A stretch of DNA of 52,307 nt from Candidatus Yanofskybacteria bacterium (lineage in GTDB: Bacteria; Patescibacteriota; Minisyncoccia; 2-02-FULL-40-12; GWA2-44-9). Numbering within the stretch: the first letter of the stretch is position 1; every line of letters starts with the position of its first letter. Below the pieces are notes generated by a model. It was not told the DNA's origin. It was given only the letters and a program-made list of their open reading frames with translations, and did not search any database. This document shows, one piece after another, positions 20,020 through 28,844 of the stretch. A program made the translations under genes and the position numbers. Where the stretch lies: contig JAHFKT010000004.1 of NCBI GenBank assembly GCA_023245235.1, positions 1 to 52,307 on the forward strand. Direction: 5' to 3'.

Positions 20020-20923
20020 ACTTGACCTCGACGGGATGCAGATTCTCCCGATACTCTGCCAGGCATTGCCGGATCGCATCGGGCGCATCAGACATATGAA
20101 TTCCGACCTTTTGCAGTTTTTCTGTTGAGAGAACGCAGTTGGACCGCCGGGCAAGTGTTTTGTACTCATGCAATCCGACCATCTGGTACCTCTCACGATG
20201 ATCCGGATCCACAATCTCGCAGTACCAATCCATGATCTGTTCGTGGCGGACCGGAACCGGATTGGTCACATGATAGATACCAACCCCCCGGAGAAGCATC
20301 AGCTGTTCGGTCACCTGGAGCAGTTCGTCTACGACCGTGACCGAATTCAAAACATTGATGATATGTGTGCCCCCGGCAAGCTTGGTGATCAGATTTCGCG
20401 GATGAACTTCTCCGCTGATCGGCATCCGGATCCGAAGAATGAGCGTATTGCCAAGCTGAGACAGGATCTCGTCGGCCTGGACTTTGGTCCAGGCATACCA
20501 GCTGACCGGATTTGGCGTGTCGGTTTCTTTAAAACCTCCCTCGGTGGACCCGTCAAAGATGCAGCCGCTGCCGAGGTGGACCAAGTAGATCCCTCTGGAC
20601 AGACACTGCCTGCCGATGATACCGGCTCCGATCGTATTTACCTGATACGTCCGATCTTTGGCTTCTTGGCTGGCCTGGCAGCCGTCGATATTGGGATAGC
20701 CCCAACCGTGGGTCTTCCCGGCCGTATTGATGACTACATCGGGCCGGACCGCATCGAGAACGGTAGCCACCATAGAACCGTTGGTGACATCTGCCGTCGA
20801 AATGCTCGCCGCAAATCGCTGGGGCTGTCTATTGAAGTAGCGGGCATAGCGTTCGGTCAGCCATCCGATACCGTGGGCACTGGCTCCGAAGATCAGGATC
20901 CTGGTCCGATCATCCATATTCAT
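20018..20923 (-). CDS. NDP-4-keto-6-deoxyglucose 3,5-epimerase/4-reductase (NRS/ER-like extended SDR, RmlD superfamily)
   Basis: VINTAGKT..PNIDGC, GSGCIFD, YAWTK (YxxxK), LRIRMPI, PRNLITKL, RSNCVL. The ORF-track TTG start coincides with a -35 box (TTGACC-17-TACATT), so the start was moved. Confidence 0.8.
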   Translation of the reverse strand: MNMDDRTRILIFGASAHGIGWLTERYARYFNRQPQRFAASISTADVTNGSMVATVLDAVRPDVVINTAGKTHGWGYPNIDGCQASQEAKDRTYQVNTIGAGIIGRQCLSRGIYLVHLGSGCIFDGSTEGGFKETDTPNPVSWYAWTKVQADEILSQLGNTLILRIRMPISGEVHPRNLITKLAGGTHIINVLNSVTVVDELLQVTEQLMLLRGVGIYHVTNPVPVRHEQIMDWYCEIVDPDHRERYQMVGLHEYKTLARRSNCVLSTEKLQKVGIHMSDAPDAIRQCLAEYRENLHPVEVK

Positions 20924-20969
20924 AAAGAACAGTGGGCATAATGTACGACTATTTGCGACCGTGGTCAAT

Positions 20970-21002
20970 CAAAAACGGGGCCTGCAGCAGGCCCCGTTTT
21001 TG
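20970..21002 (-). terminator. Terminator after parB
   Basis: CAAAAACGGGGCCTGC-A-GCAGGCCCCGTTTTTG inverted repeat. Confidence 0.85.
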
Positions 21003-21004
21003 CT

Positions 21005-21892
21005 CTAGTCGATGATATTTTTGGCTATCTTATTGAGATCCTCCAGCGAGGCGAATTTGATGACGATCTTTCCTCCGCTCGCCGCAGCGCCATGGATCGC
21101 AACGGTCGTGCCAAGCGTTTCAGCAAGATTTTTTTCCAGCTCCACGAATTTCCCGTCTGCTTTTGGCTTCTTTGAAGGACTTTTATGTGCTGAAGCGGCG
21201 CTCTCGACATCTTTCGATGAAACTCCTCCGCTCAGTATCTGCCGATACATCTCCCTCTGCTTGGCCGCATCGCTGAAGGCGAGCAGCGCCCGGGCATGAG
21301 CCCGGCTTAATTTACCGGAACGAAGTGATACTCTGATATCTTCGGGCAGGTTCATCAGTCGGATGGCATTGGCAACCACTTCCCGTGATTTGGAAACTTT
21401 ATCGGCGATCTCCTGTTGGGTCAGGCCGAACTCTTTTGCCAGCCGCGCATATGCTTCCGCCTCTTCCATCGGATTCAAATTTTCCCGCTGGACGTTTTCG
21501 ATCAATGCAACTTCCAGGCGGTCTTTTTCTTTTTCAAAATCATCACGGATAATAACCGGTACATGCGGCAGTCCGGCCATCTTGGCGGCCCTCAAACGGC
21601 GTTCTCCGGCGATCAGCTGATATGAAACGTCCAAGCCCTTCGGAGATGAATGCTCTATTTTAGAAACAAGGAGCGGCTGCAACACGCCGTACTTACGAAT
21701 CGATTTTGAAAGCTCACCGAGAGCTTCCTTGTCGAAATCCTGACGGGGCTGATCGGGATTGGCATCAATCTTGGAAATTTCGACATAGAAAACATTTTCC
21801 TTGCGCATTGCAGGCTGCATTTCACTGGCCGAGGGAATAAGCGAGCCCAATCCCTTACCCAGTCCGAATAATTTTTTACCGTTAATAGCCAT
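21005..21892 (-). CDS. parB: Chromosome partitioning protein ParB/Spo0J
   Basis: GLGKGLGSLI, NPDQPR, IAGERRLRA, ENVQRENL and an HTH. Confidence 0.95.
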   Translation of the reverse strand: MAINGKKLFGLGKGLGSLIPSASEMQPAMRKENVFYVEISKIDANPDQPRQDFDKEALGELSKSIRKYGVLQPLLVSKIEHSSPKGLDVSYQLIAGERRLRAAKMAGLPHVPVIIRDDFEKEKDRLEVALIENVQRENLNPMEEAEAYARLAKEFGLTQQEIADKVSKSREVVANAIRLMNLPEDIRVSLRSGKLSRAHARALLAFSDAAKQREMYRQILSGGVSSKDVESAASAHKSPSKKPKADGKFVELEKNLAETLGTTVAIHGAAASGGKIVIKFASLEDLNKIAKNIID

Positions 21893-22656
21893 TAATTCGA
21901 ATACTTTATAACCTCTTCCGCCAGTTGTCGATAGCTCCGGGCGGCTTTTGAATTGGGGTCGAATTGAAGAATCGTCTTGCCGAAGCTCGGCGCCTCCGCC
22001 AGTGACACCGTTCTGGGGATCACGGCATCGAACACTCTGCCCGGAAAGTTCCTGTGGACCTCGTTGACGACCTGGTTCGCCAGCTGATTCCTCTTATCAT
22101 ACATTGTAAGCAATACGCCGAGTACCTGCAAATCAGGATTCAAGCCCTCGCGGACAAGTTCAACGGTCTTTAAAAGCTGGCTCAAACCTTCAAGTGCGAA
22201 GTATTCGCATTGGACCGGAATGAGGACTCTCTCGGAAGCCGCCAAACCATTCACGGTCAGGAGACCAAGGGACGGCGGACAGTCTATCAGTATGAAATCG
22301 TAATTAGAGCGGATACTGTTCAGAACTTTTTTAAGGCGGGTCTCCCGCTCTTCCATAGAGACCAATTCTACGGTCGCCCCGGCCAGACTTTGGGCGGCCG
22401 GCAGGATATCGAATCCGAAAATGCCGGTTTTTTTGAGGAAGCCAGCCGGATTCTGGTCATTGATGAGCGCATGATAAATATTGAAGTCGTTCTCATGCAT
22501 CGGAACTCCGAGACCGACAGTGGCGTTTGCCTGGGAATCAAGGTCAACCAAAAGAATATACTTGCCCATCGCCGCCAGGTAAGCCGCCAGATTCACGGCC
22601 GTGGTGGTCTTGCCGACACCGCCTTTTTGATTACAGATCGAGATTACCCTAGCCAT
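21892..22656 (-). CDS. parA: Partitioning ATPase ParA/Soj
   Basis: NQKGGVGKTTT, DCPPSLG, PVQCEYFALEGL, LAEAPSFG. Confidence 0.96.
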   Translation of the reverse strand: MARVISICNQKGGVGKTTTAVNLAAYLAAMGKYILLVDLDSQANATVGLGVPMHENDFNIYHALINDQNPAGFLKKTGIFGFDILPAAQSLAGATVELVSMEERETRLKKVLNSIRSNYDFILIDCPPSLGLLTVNGLAASERVLIPVQCEYFALEGLSQLLKTVELVREGLNPDLQVLGVLLTMYDKRNQLANQVVNEVHRNFPGRVFDAVIPRTVSLAEAPSFGKTILQFDPNSKAARSYRQLAEEVIKYSN

Positions 22657-22690
22657 GAGCGAATAATATCACTAAACCGGAAATAATCAA

Positions 22691-22719
22691 TTGAAAAATC
22701 AGGTCTGAAATGATAAACT
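22691..22719 (+). promoter_or_regulatory. Sigma70 promoter for tRNA-Leu/folD
   Basis: TTGAAA-17 nt-TAAACT. Confidence 0.6.
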
Positions 22720-22749
22720 ACCCGGGTCATTAAAAACCAAAGTGGTAAT

Positions 22750-22833
22750 GCCCGAGTGGCGGAATTGGCATACGCGCGCGACTCAAAATCGCGTGTCCTT
22801 ACGGACTTGTGGGTTCAACTCCCACCTCGGGCA
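22750..22833 (+). tRNA. tRNA-Leu(CAA), CCA not encoded
   Basis: Acceptor GCCCGAG/CTCGGGC, anticodon arm CGCGA-CTCAAAA-TCGCG, long variable arm, T arm GTGGG-TTCAACT-CCCAC. Confidence 0.96.
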
Positions 22834-22850
22834 CAAAAACTTACACCCTC

Positions 22851-23678
22851 ATGATCATTGCCGACGGAAGAGCGATAGCGCAGAAAATTCTGAACAAGAT
22901 AAAAGCCGGCCTTGATGGCCGGCGTATTTCTATTGCGGCCATATGGATGGGTAATGACCCTGCGGTCGGCCGCTTCGTTGAACTGAAGAAAAAATATGCC
23001 GAATCGATCGGCATGGAATTCCGAGTACACCACTTTGGGACGGATGTTTCGGAAAAAGAACTCATGGATAAGCTGCGAATATTGAATGCAGACAAAAGCA
23101 TGACCGGAATCATCGTGGAGCTTCCCCTGCCAAAGAACTTGGACCAGATTAAGGTCCTGGATACGATTCCCCCGGAAAAAGATATTGATATTCTTTCTTC
23201 GGCGGCCCAAGAGAACTATTACAAAGACCGGTCGAAAATCCTGCCTCCGGCGGTACGGGCCCTGGAACTTTTGTTTAACGAGCACCGAATAAACCCCCTC
23301 GGTAAAACTGCGGCCGTATTCGGCCAGGGCATGCTTGTGGGCATGCCCGTGTCGCACTGGCTGGAAAAAAGCGGTGCCAAAGTCTTTCGTATCGATGAGC
23401 ATACTTCAAATCCGGGAGAACTATCACGACAGGCCGATATAATAGTTTCGGGAGTGGGTAAACCCGGCCTCATCCATGGAAACATGGTTAAGAAAGGTGC
23501 GGTGGTCGTTGATTTCGGTTACGGGAAAATAGGAAATAAGATGGCCGGAGATGTAGAGTTTGATTCGGTTGCGTCTAGATCATCGCTGATTACTCCGGTG
23601 CCCGGCGGAATGGGACCGTTGGTCATCGCATCTTTTCTTGAGAACGCACTCGAGTTCTCTGAGAGAGCCGCTTTATAA
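22851..23678 (+). CDS. folD: Methylene-THF dehydrogenase/cyclohydrolase family
   Basis: DGRAIA, GIIVELPLP, PEKDID, ADIIVSGVG, GDVEF, TPVPGGMGP. Start moved to the ATG after the tRNA. Confidence 0.9.
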   Translation: MIIADGRAIAQKILNKIKAGLDGRRISIAAIWMGNDPAVGRFVELKKKYAESIGMEFRVHHFGTDVSEKELMDKLRILNADKSMTGIIVELPLPKNLDQIKVLDTIPPEKDIDILSSAAQENYYKDRSKILPPAVRALELLFNEHRINPLGKTAAVFGQGMLVGMPVSHWLEKSGAKVFRIDEHTSNPGELSRQADIIVSGVGKPGLIHGNMVKKGAVVVDFGYGKIGNKMAGDVEFDSVASRSSLITPVPGGMGPLVIASFLENALEFSERAAL

Positions 23679-24197
23679 TCCCCGCCTGTTTTTGTACTTC
23701 CGATAGAGCCGGTCGCAGACCAAAGCGGTTCCAACACCGATCACCATCCCGCCGATGATGTCATATGGCCAATGGACTCCGGTGAAGACACGAGCGAAGC
23801 CTATTAATGCCGCAAGAAAGAGATAGTACCATCCGGCTTTTTTATTATAGAGATAGACGCCGGTTGCCAGAGCGAATGAGAATACGGTGTGGCCCGACGG
23901 GAATGAGGCCTCGACTTCTTTGGCCACCAACAGATTCACTTGAGACAGGACCTGATACGGTCGCAGTTCAGAATAGAACCAACGGATCACCGGAATGACA
24001 CCGAACCGGGCTATGAGTGCCGAACTGATGGACACGACGGCCATGTTTCTCCACCGTTTGTAATTTCGGAGAAGTTCAAACGCAACGCCGAGGATTAAGG
24101 CATACATCAGATACCGGGCACAGAAGATCATTACGGCATCCAGCCAGCCAAACCGGCCCGCGAGGCCGTTGATCGCCCGAAAGATCGCTTCATTCAT
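23673..24197 (-). CDS. PAP2-family phosphatase (BcrC-like undecaprenyl-PP phosphatase)
   Basis: RP, SFPSGH and ARVFTGVHWPYDI PAP2 motifs. Confidence 0.9.
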   Translation of the reverse strand: MNEAIFRAINGLAGRFGWLDAVMIFCARYLMYALILGVAFELLRNYKRWRNMAVVSISSALIARFGVIPVIRWFYSELRPYQVLSQVNLLVAKEVEASFPSGHTVFSFALATGVYLYNKKAGWYYLFLAALIGFARVFTGVHWPYDIIGGMVIGVGTALVCDRLYRKYKNRRGL

Positions 24198-24209
24198 ATA
24201 CGTAATGCC

Positions 24210-24965
24210 TTATCGTAGAAATAGCAGGAGTAGCAGGCCGATAACGATCCGGTACCAACCGAAGGCGGAGAGGGAATGCGTTTGGAGATATTTAAGCAAC
24301 CACCGGACACTAGCCAGCGCGGAGATAAATGCGGCTAAACAACCGACGGCAAGCAATGCAAGATTTCCATGGATCGAAACGGTGTGAATGTTTTTGTACA
24401 GGTCATAACCGCTGGCGGCGACCATCGTCGGAATCGCAAGCATGAACGAGAACTCGACCGCCGTTGCCCGCGACATACCCGCCGCTTCCCCGCCGATGAT
24501 GGTAGCCGCCGCCCGTGAAATGCCCGGGATCAATGCCAGCGTCTGGGCCAGTCCGGCCCAAAACGCATTGGCATATCCGACGACTCCATGACGTTCCCGG
24601 TGCCAGTGCTCAAAACAGATGATAACCGCGCCGCCGATGACCAGCGACCAAGCCACAATCGTCACGCTCCCCAACAAAAGGCCTTTTACCGCTGGATAGA
24701 CCAGAAATCCGATGATCGCCGTCGGAATAAAGGCGATGATCAGCTCAAAGAACAGTATCAGGTTGGCAAGGATCCGCTTCCAATACAGGATCACGACCGC
24801 CATCACGGCGGCGAGCTGAATGACGATCTCAAATGTTTTCAAAAAGTCGGACTCGGGCAAACCGAACAGCCTAGAGGCAATGATGAGGTGGCCGGTTGAA
24901 GAGATCGGCAGAAACTCCGTAACTCCTTCGACCAAACCGAGAATCAATGAGTGAATAATATCCAC
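24210..24965 (-). CDS. uppP: Undecaprenyl-diphosphate phosphatase UppP/BacA
   Basis: EGVTEFLPISSTGH, PGISR, EFSFMLAIP, FGWYRI. Confidence 0.95.
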   Translation of the reverse strand: MDIIHSLILGLVEGVTEFLPISSTGHLIIASRLFGLPESDFLKTFEIVIQLAAVMAVVILYWKRILANLILFFELIIAFIPTAIIGFLVYPAVKGLLLGSVTIVAWSLVIGGAVIICFEHWHRERHGVVGYANAFWAGLAQTLALIPGISRAAATIIGGEAAGMSRATAVEFSFMLAIPTMVAASGYDLYKNIHTVSIHGNLALLAVGCLAAFISALASVRWLLKYLQTHSLSAFGWYRIVIGLLLLLFLR

Positions 24966-24977
24966 GGAATCATTATC

Positions 24978-25613
24978 CTATACTTCCAGCAGCTTTAGCA
25001 AATCTTCCGGCTTGGATGGACCGATACGCAGTACCTTCGGCTTATCGGTCGTGCAGTCAATGATCACCGAAGTATTTGATTTGGGAAGTACGCCGGCATC
25101 GATGATAAGGTCCGGACGCGGAACATGATGACTGAACTCACGGATGATGGTATTGATATCGCCGGTCGGAGCTGCCCCGGATATATTGGCCGATGTGGTC
25201 ACGAGCGGATATCCGAAGCGGGCAAGCAGTTTATCCGTGAACACATGGTCGGCGATCCGGATACCGACACTGGGCAGTCCGGTGGTCGTAATGGCCGGAA
25301 TGATCTCCTTTTTCGGCAATACAAGCGTGAATTTGCCGGGCCAAAATTTCTCGGCCATCTTCCGATGCTGATCGTTCAAATACGCCAGCTCCTCGACCCA
25401 TACCATGTTCCGGGCGAGGATCGGCAACGGCTTTGAGCTCCGTTCCTTAATATCAAAGATGCGCCGCACCGCGAACTCATCGAGTGCGTTACAGCCAAGA
25501 CCGTACACCGTATCCGTCGGATATATGATCGTCCCGCCTGATTTTAAAATGGAAAGGGCCTCGTTGATGATGGGATCGAGGTCCTTATTGAGATCGACTT
25601 GAATGATATTCAT
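24978..25613 (-). CDS. tsaC: L-threonylcarbamoyladenylate synthase (TsaC/Sua5 family)
   Basis: YPTDTVYGL, IKER..KPL, FWPG, TTSANISG. Confidence 0.92.
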   Translation of the reverse strand: MNIIQVDLNKDLDPIINEALSILKSGGTIIYPTDTVYGLGCNALDEFAVRRIFDIKERSSKPLPILARNMVWVEELAYLNDQHRKMAEKFWPGKFTLVLPKKEIIPAITTTGLPSVGIRIADHVFTDKLLARFGYPLVTTSANISGAAPTGDINTIIREFSHHVPRPDLIIDAGVLPKSNTSVIIDCTTDKPKVLRIGPSKPEDLLKLLEV

Positions 25614-25665
25614 TTGATTGACTAATCCTCTCTATATTCAATAATACAAAAAACGGTCATTGACA

Positions 25666-26385
25666 ATGAGTCCCGGTAACATAAAAATGTTGATCGTCGG
25701 AATTTCGACGTTTTTCGCAGGCCTGGCAATGGGTATCGGCATAACACTCGTATATGATGGCGAACCTTTGGAGCCGGCACCATACCAAGTGCCTCAATTC
25801 ATTCAGCCCAAGAGACCGCCATCCAGAGGTCCCGAGGACCCCGGAAATTGGCCGCAGATTCCCAGAAGCCAAAAAATCCTGTGGCAGCAGCCGGCCGGTA
25901 ACCATGATGAAGAAGAGATCGTCTCGGTGCTGCGGTCTATCGCCCATGATGTTGCCGAGCGAAATATCAATTTCCATCTCACTTTTCAGCTTCAGCAATT
26001 TCCTGTTACGTACGTCCTGAGGCTGACCGATCCGGTCAATCCGAAACAGTTGCCCATCAGGTACTACGTTATATTCAGCGTAAGCCGGGTCATCCTTTCG
26101 GTCAAAAATGGTACCGGTACTCTCTATATCCGGGGTCCTCATCAGGGGATATTCTACCAACAGAATGTGTCGGGTCCGTCGACGATCGAGTTTCTGGGAC
26201 TTCAGGACACCATACCGCTCAGATTCCAGGACAATCTCATTGCTGCTCAGATGGAGATCAGCAGTGACGAATTACGAACTCTATTCAATATTGCGCCTCT
26301 GGGAGGTTCCGTGCTCAAGCCGGAATCCCCGTGGGCGCTTTTTTTCATAATAAATACCGCACGATTCGTGCGGTATTTATTATGA
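25666..26385 (+). CDS. Hypothetical protein with N-terminal membrane anchor
   Basis: Fills the gap between tsaC and rpsP. Hydrophobic N-terminal helix and Pro-rich linker; no family recognised. Confidence 0.6.
   Translation: MSPGNIKMLIVGISTFFAGLAMGIGITLVYDGEPLEPAPYQVPQFIQPKRPPSRGPEDPGNWPQIPRSQKILWQQPAGNHDEEEIVSVLRSIAHDVAERNINFHLTFQLQQFPVTYVLRLTDPVNPKQLPIRYYVIFSVSRVILSVKNGTGTLYIRGPHQGIFYQQNVSGPSTIEFLGLQDTIPLRFQDNLIAAQMEISSDELRTLFNIAPLGGSVLKPESPWALFFIINTARFVRYLL
26346..26384. terminator. Bidirectional terminator at the rpsP 3' end
   Basis: Perfect 18-bp inverted repeat CATAATAAATACCGCACG-ATT-CGTGCGGTATTTATTATG. Confidence 0.75.
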
Positions 26386-26751
26386 TTGAGGCTCTTCTAC
26401 GGGAGCGGGAGCCGGCTCTGGCGCAGGCGCAGCTTCCGGAGCTTTGGCGGCCGGTGCTGCGGCCACTTCGGTTTTCTTTGCACCCGGCTTCGGTTTCCAG
26501 CTGACCATCTTCGGAGCCGAGATGATCTTGTTGTTTACGAGAAGATTATTGACCGTCGGGGATGGACGGACACCTTGAGCCAGCCAGTGTTCTATCCGCT
26601 CTTTTTTAACTTTGAGGTCTTTTTTGTGCGGATCATACGAGCCTAAAAGCTCAAGGAACTCCCCTTGCGGTTTTTTGGTGTGTTCGGTGACCACGATCCT
26701 GAAATAGGCCTGGCCGCGCTTGCCGATACGTTGTAGACGCATTACTAACAT
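26380..26751 (-). CDS. rpsP: 30S ribosomal protein S16
   Basis: MRLQRIGKR..YFRIVV, ELLGSYDP, WLAQGVRPSPTV; Ala/Pro-rich tail. Confidence 0.96.
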   Translation of the reverse strand: MLVMRLQRIGKRGQAYFRIVVTEHTKKPQGEFLELLGSYDPHKKDLKVKKERIEHWLAQGVRPSPTVNNLLVNNKIISAPKMVSWKPKPGAKKTEVAAAPAAKAPEAAPAPEPAPAPVEEPQS

Positions 26752-26797
26752 AATGTCCCAATATGATACCAATTTTTATAAAACTTAGCAAGTTCCA

Positions 26798-26828
26798 CTA
26801 AAACATCCGCCAATGGCGGATGTTTTAG
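26798..26828 (-). terminator. Terminator after the 26825-27324 unit
   Basis: CTAAAACATCCGCC-AAT-GGCGGATGTTTTAG. Confidence 0.8.
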
Positions 26829-27178
26829 TAGGCAGCCTGTTTGAGTTTTGCCGCAGTTTCGGGGTCAACACGCTGAACCATGAATATAATGTAGTCGTCC
26901 AATATCTTCCGGAATAACGGCAGGCTCTTTTGATAGAGCTCCTCCTCTGAATATTGCGCAGTAATGCTTTTTTGCAACATGGCCACCTGGTCATGTGACG
27001 GCTGAGGCTGACGTATCAGCTCCTGTTCCTCGGGTGATAAATTTCCATTGACCGATTGAAGCAAAGCAAAAGCCAGTTTTTTCTTGAAGCTTTCCAGGGC
27101 CGTTACTTTTTCGGCCTCAGAAAAACCGAGAACATCGAATACTCCGTACAATTTTTTCTTGTATTCGCCGTGGATCAT
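26825..27178 (-). CDS. Hypothetical helical protein (117 aa)
   Basis: Co-oriented ORF whose ATG overlaps the upstream small ORF stop (TGATG); followed by a terminator. Confidence 0.75.
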   Translation of the reverse strand: MIHGEYKKKLYGVFDVLGFSEAEKVTALESFKKKLAFALLQSVNGNLSPEEQELIRQPQPSHDQVAMLQKSITAQYSEEELYQKSLPLFRKILDDYIIFMVQRVDPETAAKLKQAAY

Positions 27179-27324
27179 CAGAATAGGTCGTCAAACAGAA
27201 AAGCGAAAATAAAAAGCGGGAAGAGCGGAAAAGCCAGAACGAGGTCCTTTGCTTCCCACTCCTCCTGTCGTGAATAGTTGGGAGATTTTGATTCCGTTTC
27301 TTTAGCCGGAAATTGTTCTTTCAT
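27178..27324 (-). CDS. Small 48-aa protein with C-terminal hydrophobic helix (not in ORF track)
   Basis: MKEQFPAKETESKSPNYSRQEEWEAKDLVLAFPLFPLFIFAFLFDDLF*. TATAAT lies 8 nt before the ATG and the stop overlaps the next start. Confidence 0.65.
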   Translation of the reverse strand: MKEQFPAKETESKSPNYSRQEEWEAKDLVLAFPLFPLFIFAFLFDDLF

Positions 27325-27361
27325 GCTTTGCAATTATACTCCCTCGATGCAGAGAGTAAAG

Positions 27362-28048
27362 TTACCACCCCTTTTGTCGGAGCGCCGCCTCGGCGGCCTT
27401 CTGCTGGGCTTCTTGCTTGGACGGACCTTCGCCATCAGCGACAAGGTCTTTGTTCAGGTATACACCGACTTTGAAATGGCGGGCATGGTCCGGACCCCAC
27501 TCGGCCAGCACTTCGTAATTGGGCGTAACTCCGACCTTCTCCTGGGCTTTTTCCTGAAATACGCTCTTGGCATCCCGGTACAGCCGCTGTTCAATGATGC
27601 GCGGAAATTCCTTCAACACGAATGCATGGATAAACTTCGATGCCATATCGTAGCCCTGGTCAAGGTATATCGCCCCGATAAGCGCTTCCATGGCATTGGC
27701 CAGGATATATTGCCGGGCCCGGCCGGTATCTTTCGCCTCTCCCCTGGACAGCAGTATATACTCGTTCAGGTCGAAGTTCTTTGAAATATCAGAGAGCATG
27801 TTGGCATTGACCAGTGCGGCGCGCCAGTTGGTCAATTCGCCCTCGGGATTGGGGTAGTTGGCGTAGAGATACTCGGTCACGACCAGTTCCAGAACCGCAT
27901 CGCCGAGAAATTCCAGACGCTCATTGTGGTCCAGATGCCATTTGGGATTTTCGTTAAGATATGAACGATGGGTCAGCGCCTGCATGAGCAGGTCTTTATT
28001 TTTGAACGGAACCTTGATGCTTCGTTCCAGAGTAGAAATATCCGCCAT
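27362..28048 (-). CDS. rnc: Ribonuclease III
   Basis: ALTHRSY, NERLEFLGDAVL, EALIGAIYLD and C-terminal dsRBD. Confidence 0.97.
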   Translation of the reverse strand: MADISTLERSIKVPFKNKDLLMQALTHRSYLNENPKWHLDHNERLEFLGDAVLELVVTEYLYANYPNPEGELTNWRAALVNANMLSDISKNFDLNEYILLSRGEAKDTGRARQYILANAMEALIGAIYLDQGYDMASKFIHAFVLKEFPRIIEQRLYRDAKSVFQEKAQEKVGVTPNYEVLAEWGPDHARHFKVGVYLNKDLVADGEGPSKQEAQQKAAEAALRQKGW

Positions 28049-28090
28049 ACGATAGGCAAGAATGCAATCAACCAGAGATACCGAAGGTCT

Positions 28091-28600
28091 CTATGATTGA
28101 CTGTCTTCTTGCTGGTTGTTGTCTTCCGGCTCTTCGGACGCTTCTTTGTCTTTCCGCTTAGGCGAGTCATCCTTGCCCGGCTCACCGATCTCCCGATAGA
28201 TCGTGCCGAGCACGCCGTTCACGAACTTGCCCGATGAATCACCGCCGAATGACTTGGCCAGCTCAATGGCTTCGTTGATGGCAACCTTGGGCGGAACTTC
28301 CTCACGATTCCCGAATAAGAGTTCGAACAACCCGAGACGCAAAACGTTGCGATCGACGATGGCGATCTGGTCCAACGGCCATTGAGGCGCCGCTTTTTCG
28401 ATGATCTTATCTAATTCGGGAACGTGATCGATAACACCTTTGACCAGCTGAGCGATAAAAGACGGGTCATCAATGCCGGCACCGAATTCCTTGATATTGT
28501 GTTCCAATATCTCGGCGAGCATTTCATCGTGCCTGCCCTTGAAGTCCCATTCGTAAAGGGATTGCATCGCGACCGATCGAGAAAGGTGACGTGAGGCCAT
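28091..28600 (-). CDS. nusB: Transcription antitermination factor NusB
   Basis: [38 protein letters not shown]. Confidence 0.96.
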   Translation of the reverse strand: MASRHLSRSVAMQSLYEWDFKGRHDEMLAEILEHNIKEFGAGIDDPSFIAQLVKGVIDHVPELDKIIEKAAPQWPLDQIAIVDRNVLRLGLFELLFGNREEVPPKVAINEAIELAKSFGGDSSGKFVNGVLGTIYREIGEPGKDDSPKRKDKEASEEPEDNNQQEDSQS

Positions 28601-28619
28601 CTAAAATGAATTTAAAAAC

Positions 28620-28844
28620 CTACCGGCCCTGTGAGGCCATGCGCTTTTCGCGCTTTTTTAATTCCCGAGCGAGAACATTTACCACTTCTTTGCCATTATA
28701 GAACCCGCAGAACTTGCAGACCTGGTGCGGCATGATCATTTTGCCGCAGTGACCGCATTTGACGAGCGACCGGCCCTTTAACGCCAAGTGGCTGCGACGT
28801 CGCAGCTGCTTACCCTTGGCCATATGGTGTCTTGGTACTGCCAT
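28620..28844 (-). CDS. rpmF: 50S ribosomal protein L32 (zinc-binding type)
   Basis: MAVP..., [22 protein letters not shown]. Confidence 0.95.
   Translation of the reverse strand: MAVPRHHMAKGKQLRRRSHLALKGRSLVKCGHCGKMIMPHQVCKFCGFYNGKEVVNVLARELKKREKRMASQGR

Noticed and set aside
20168..20941. 257-aa plus-strand ORF
   Set aside because: Antisense to the SDR gene, which carries the family motifs and the promoter.
21005..22750. parS site near parAB
   Set aside because: No TGTTTCACGTGAAACA-like palindrome found by eye.
25657..26160. 167-aa minus-strand ORF as an alternative to the plus-strand orphan
   Set aside because: The plus-strand ORF is longer, has a TM-linker-domain layout and an ATG start. 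Not fully excluded.
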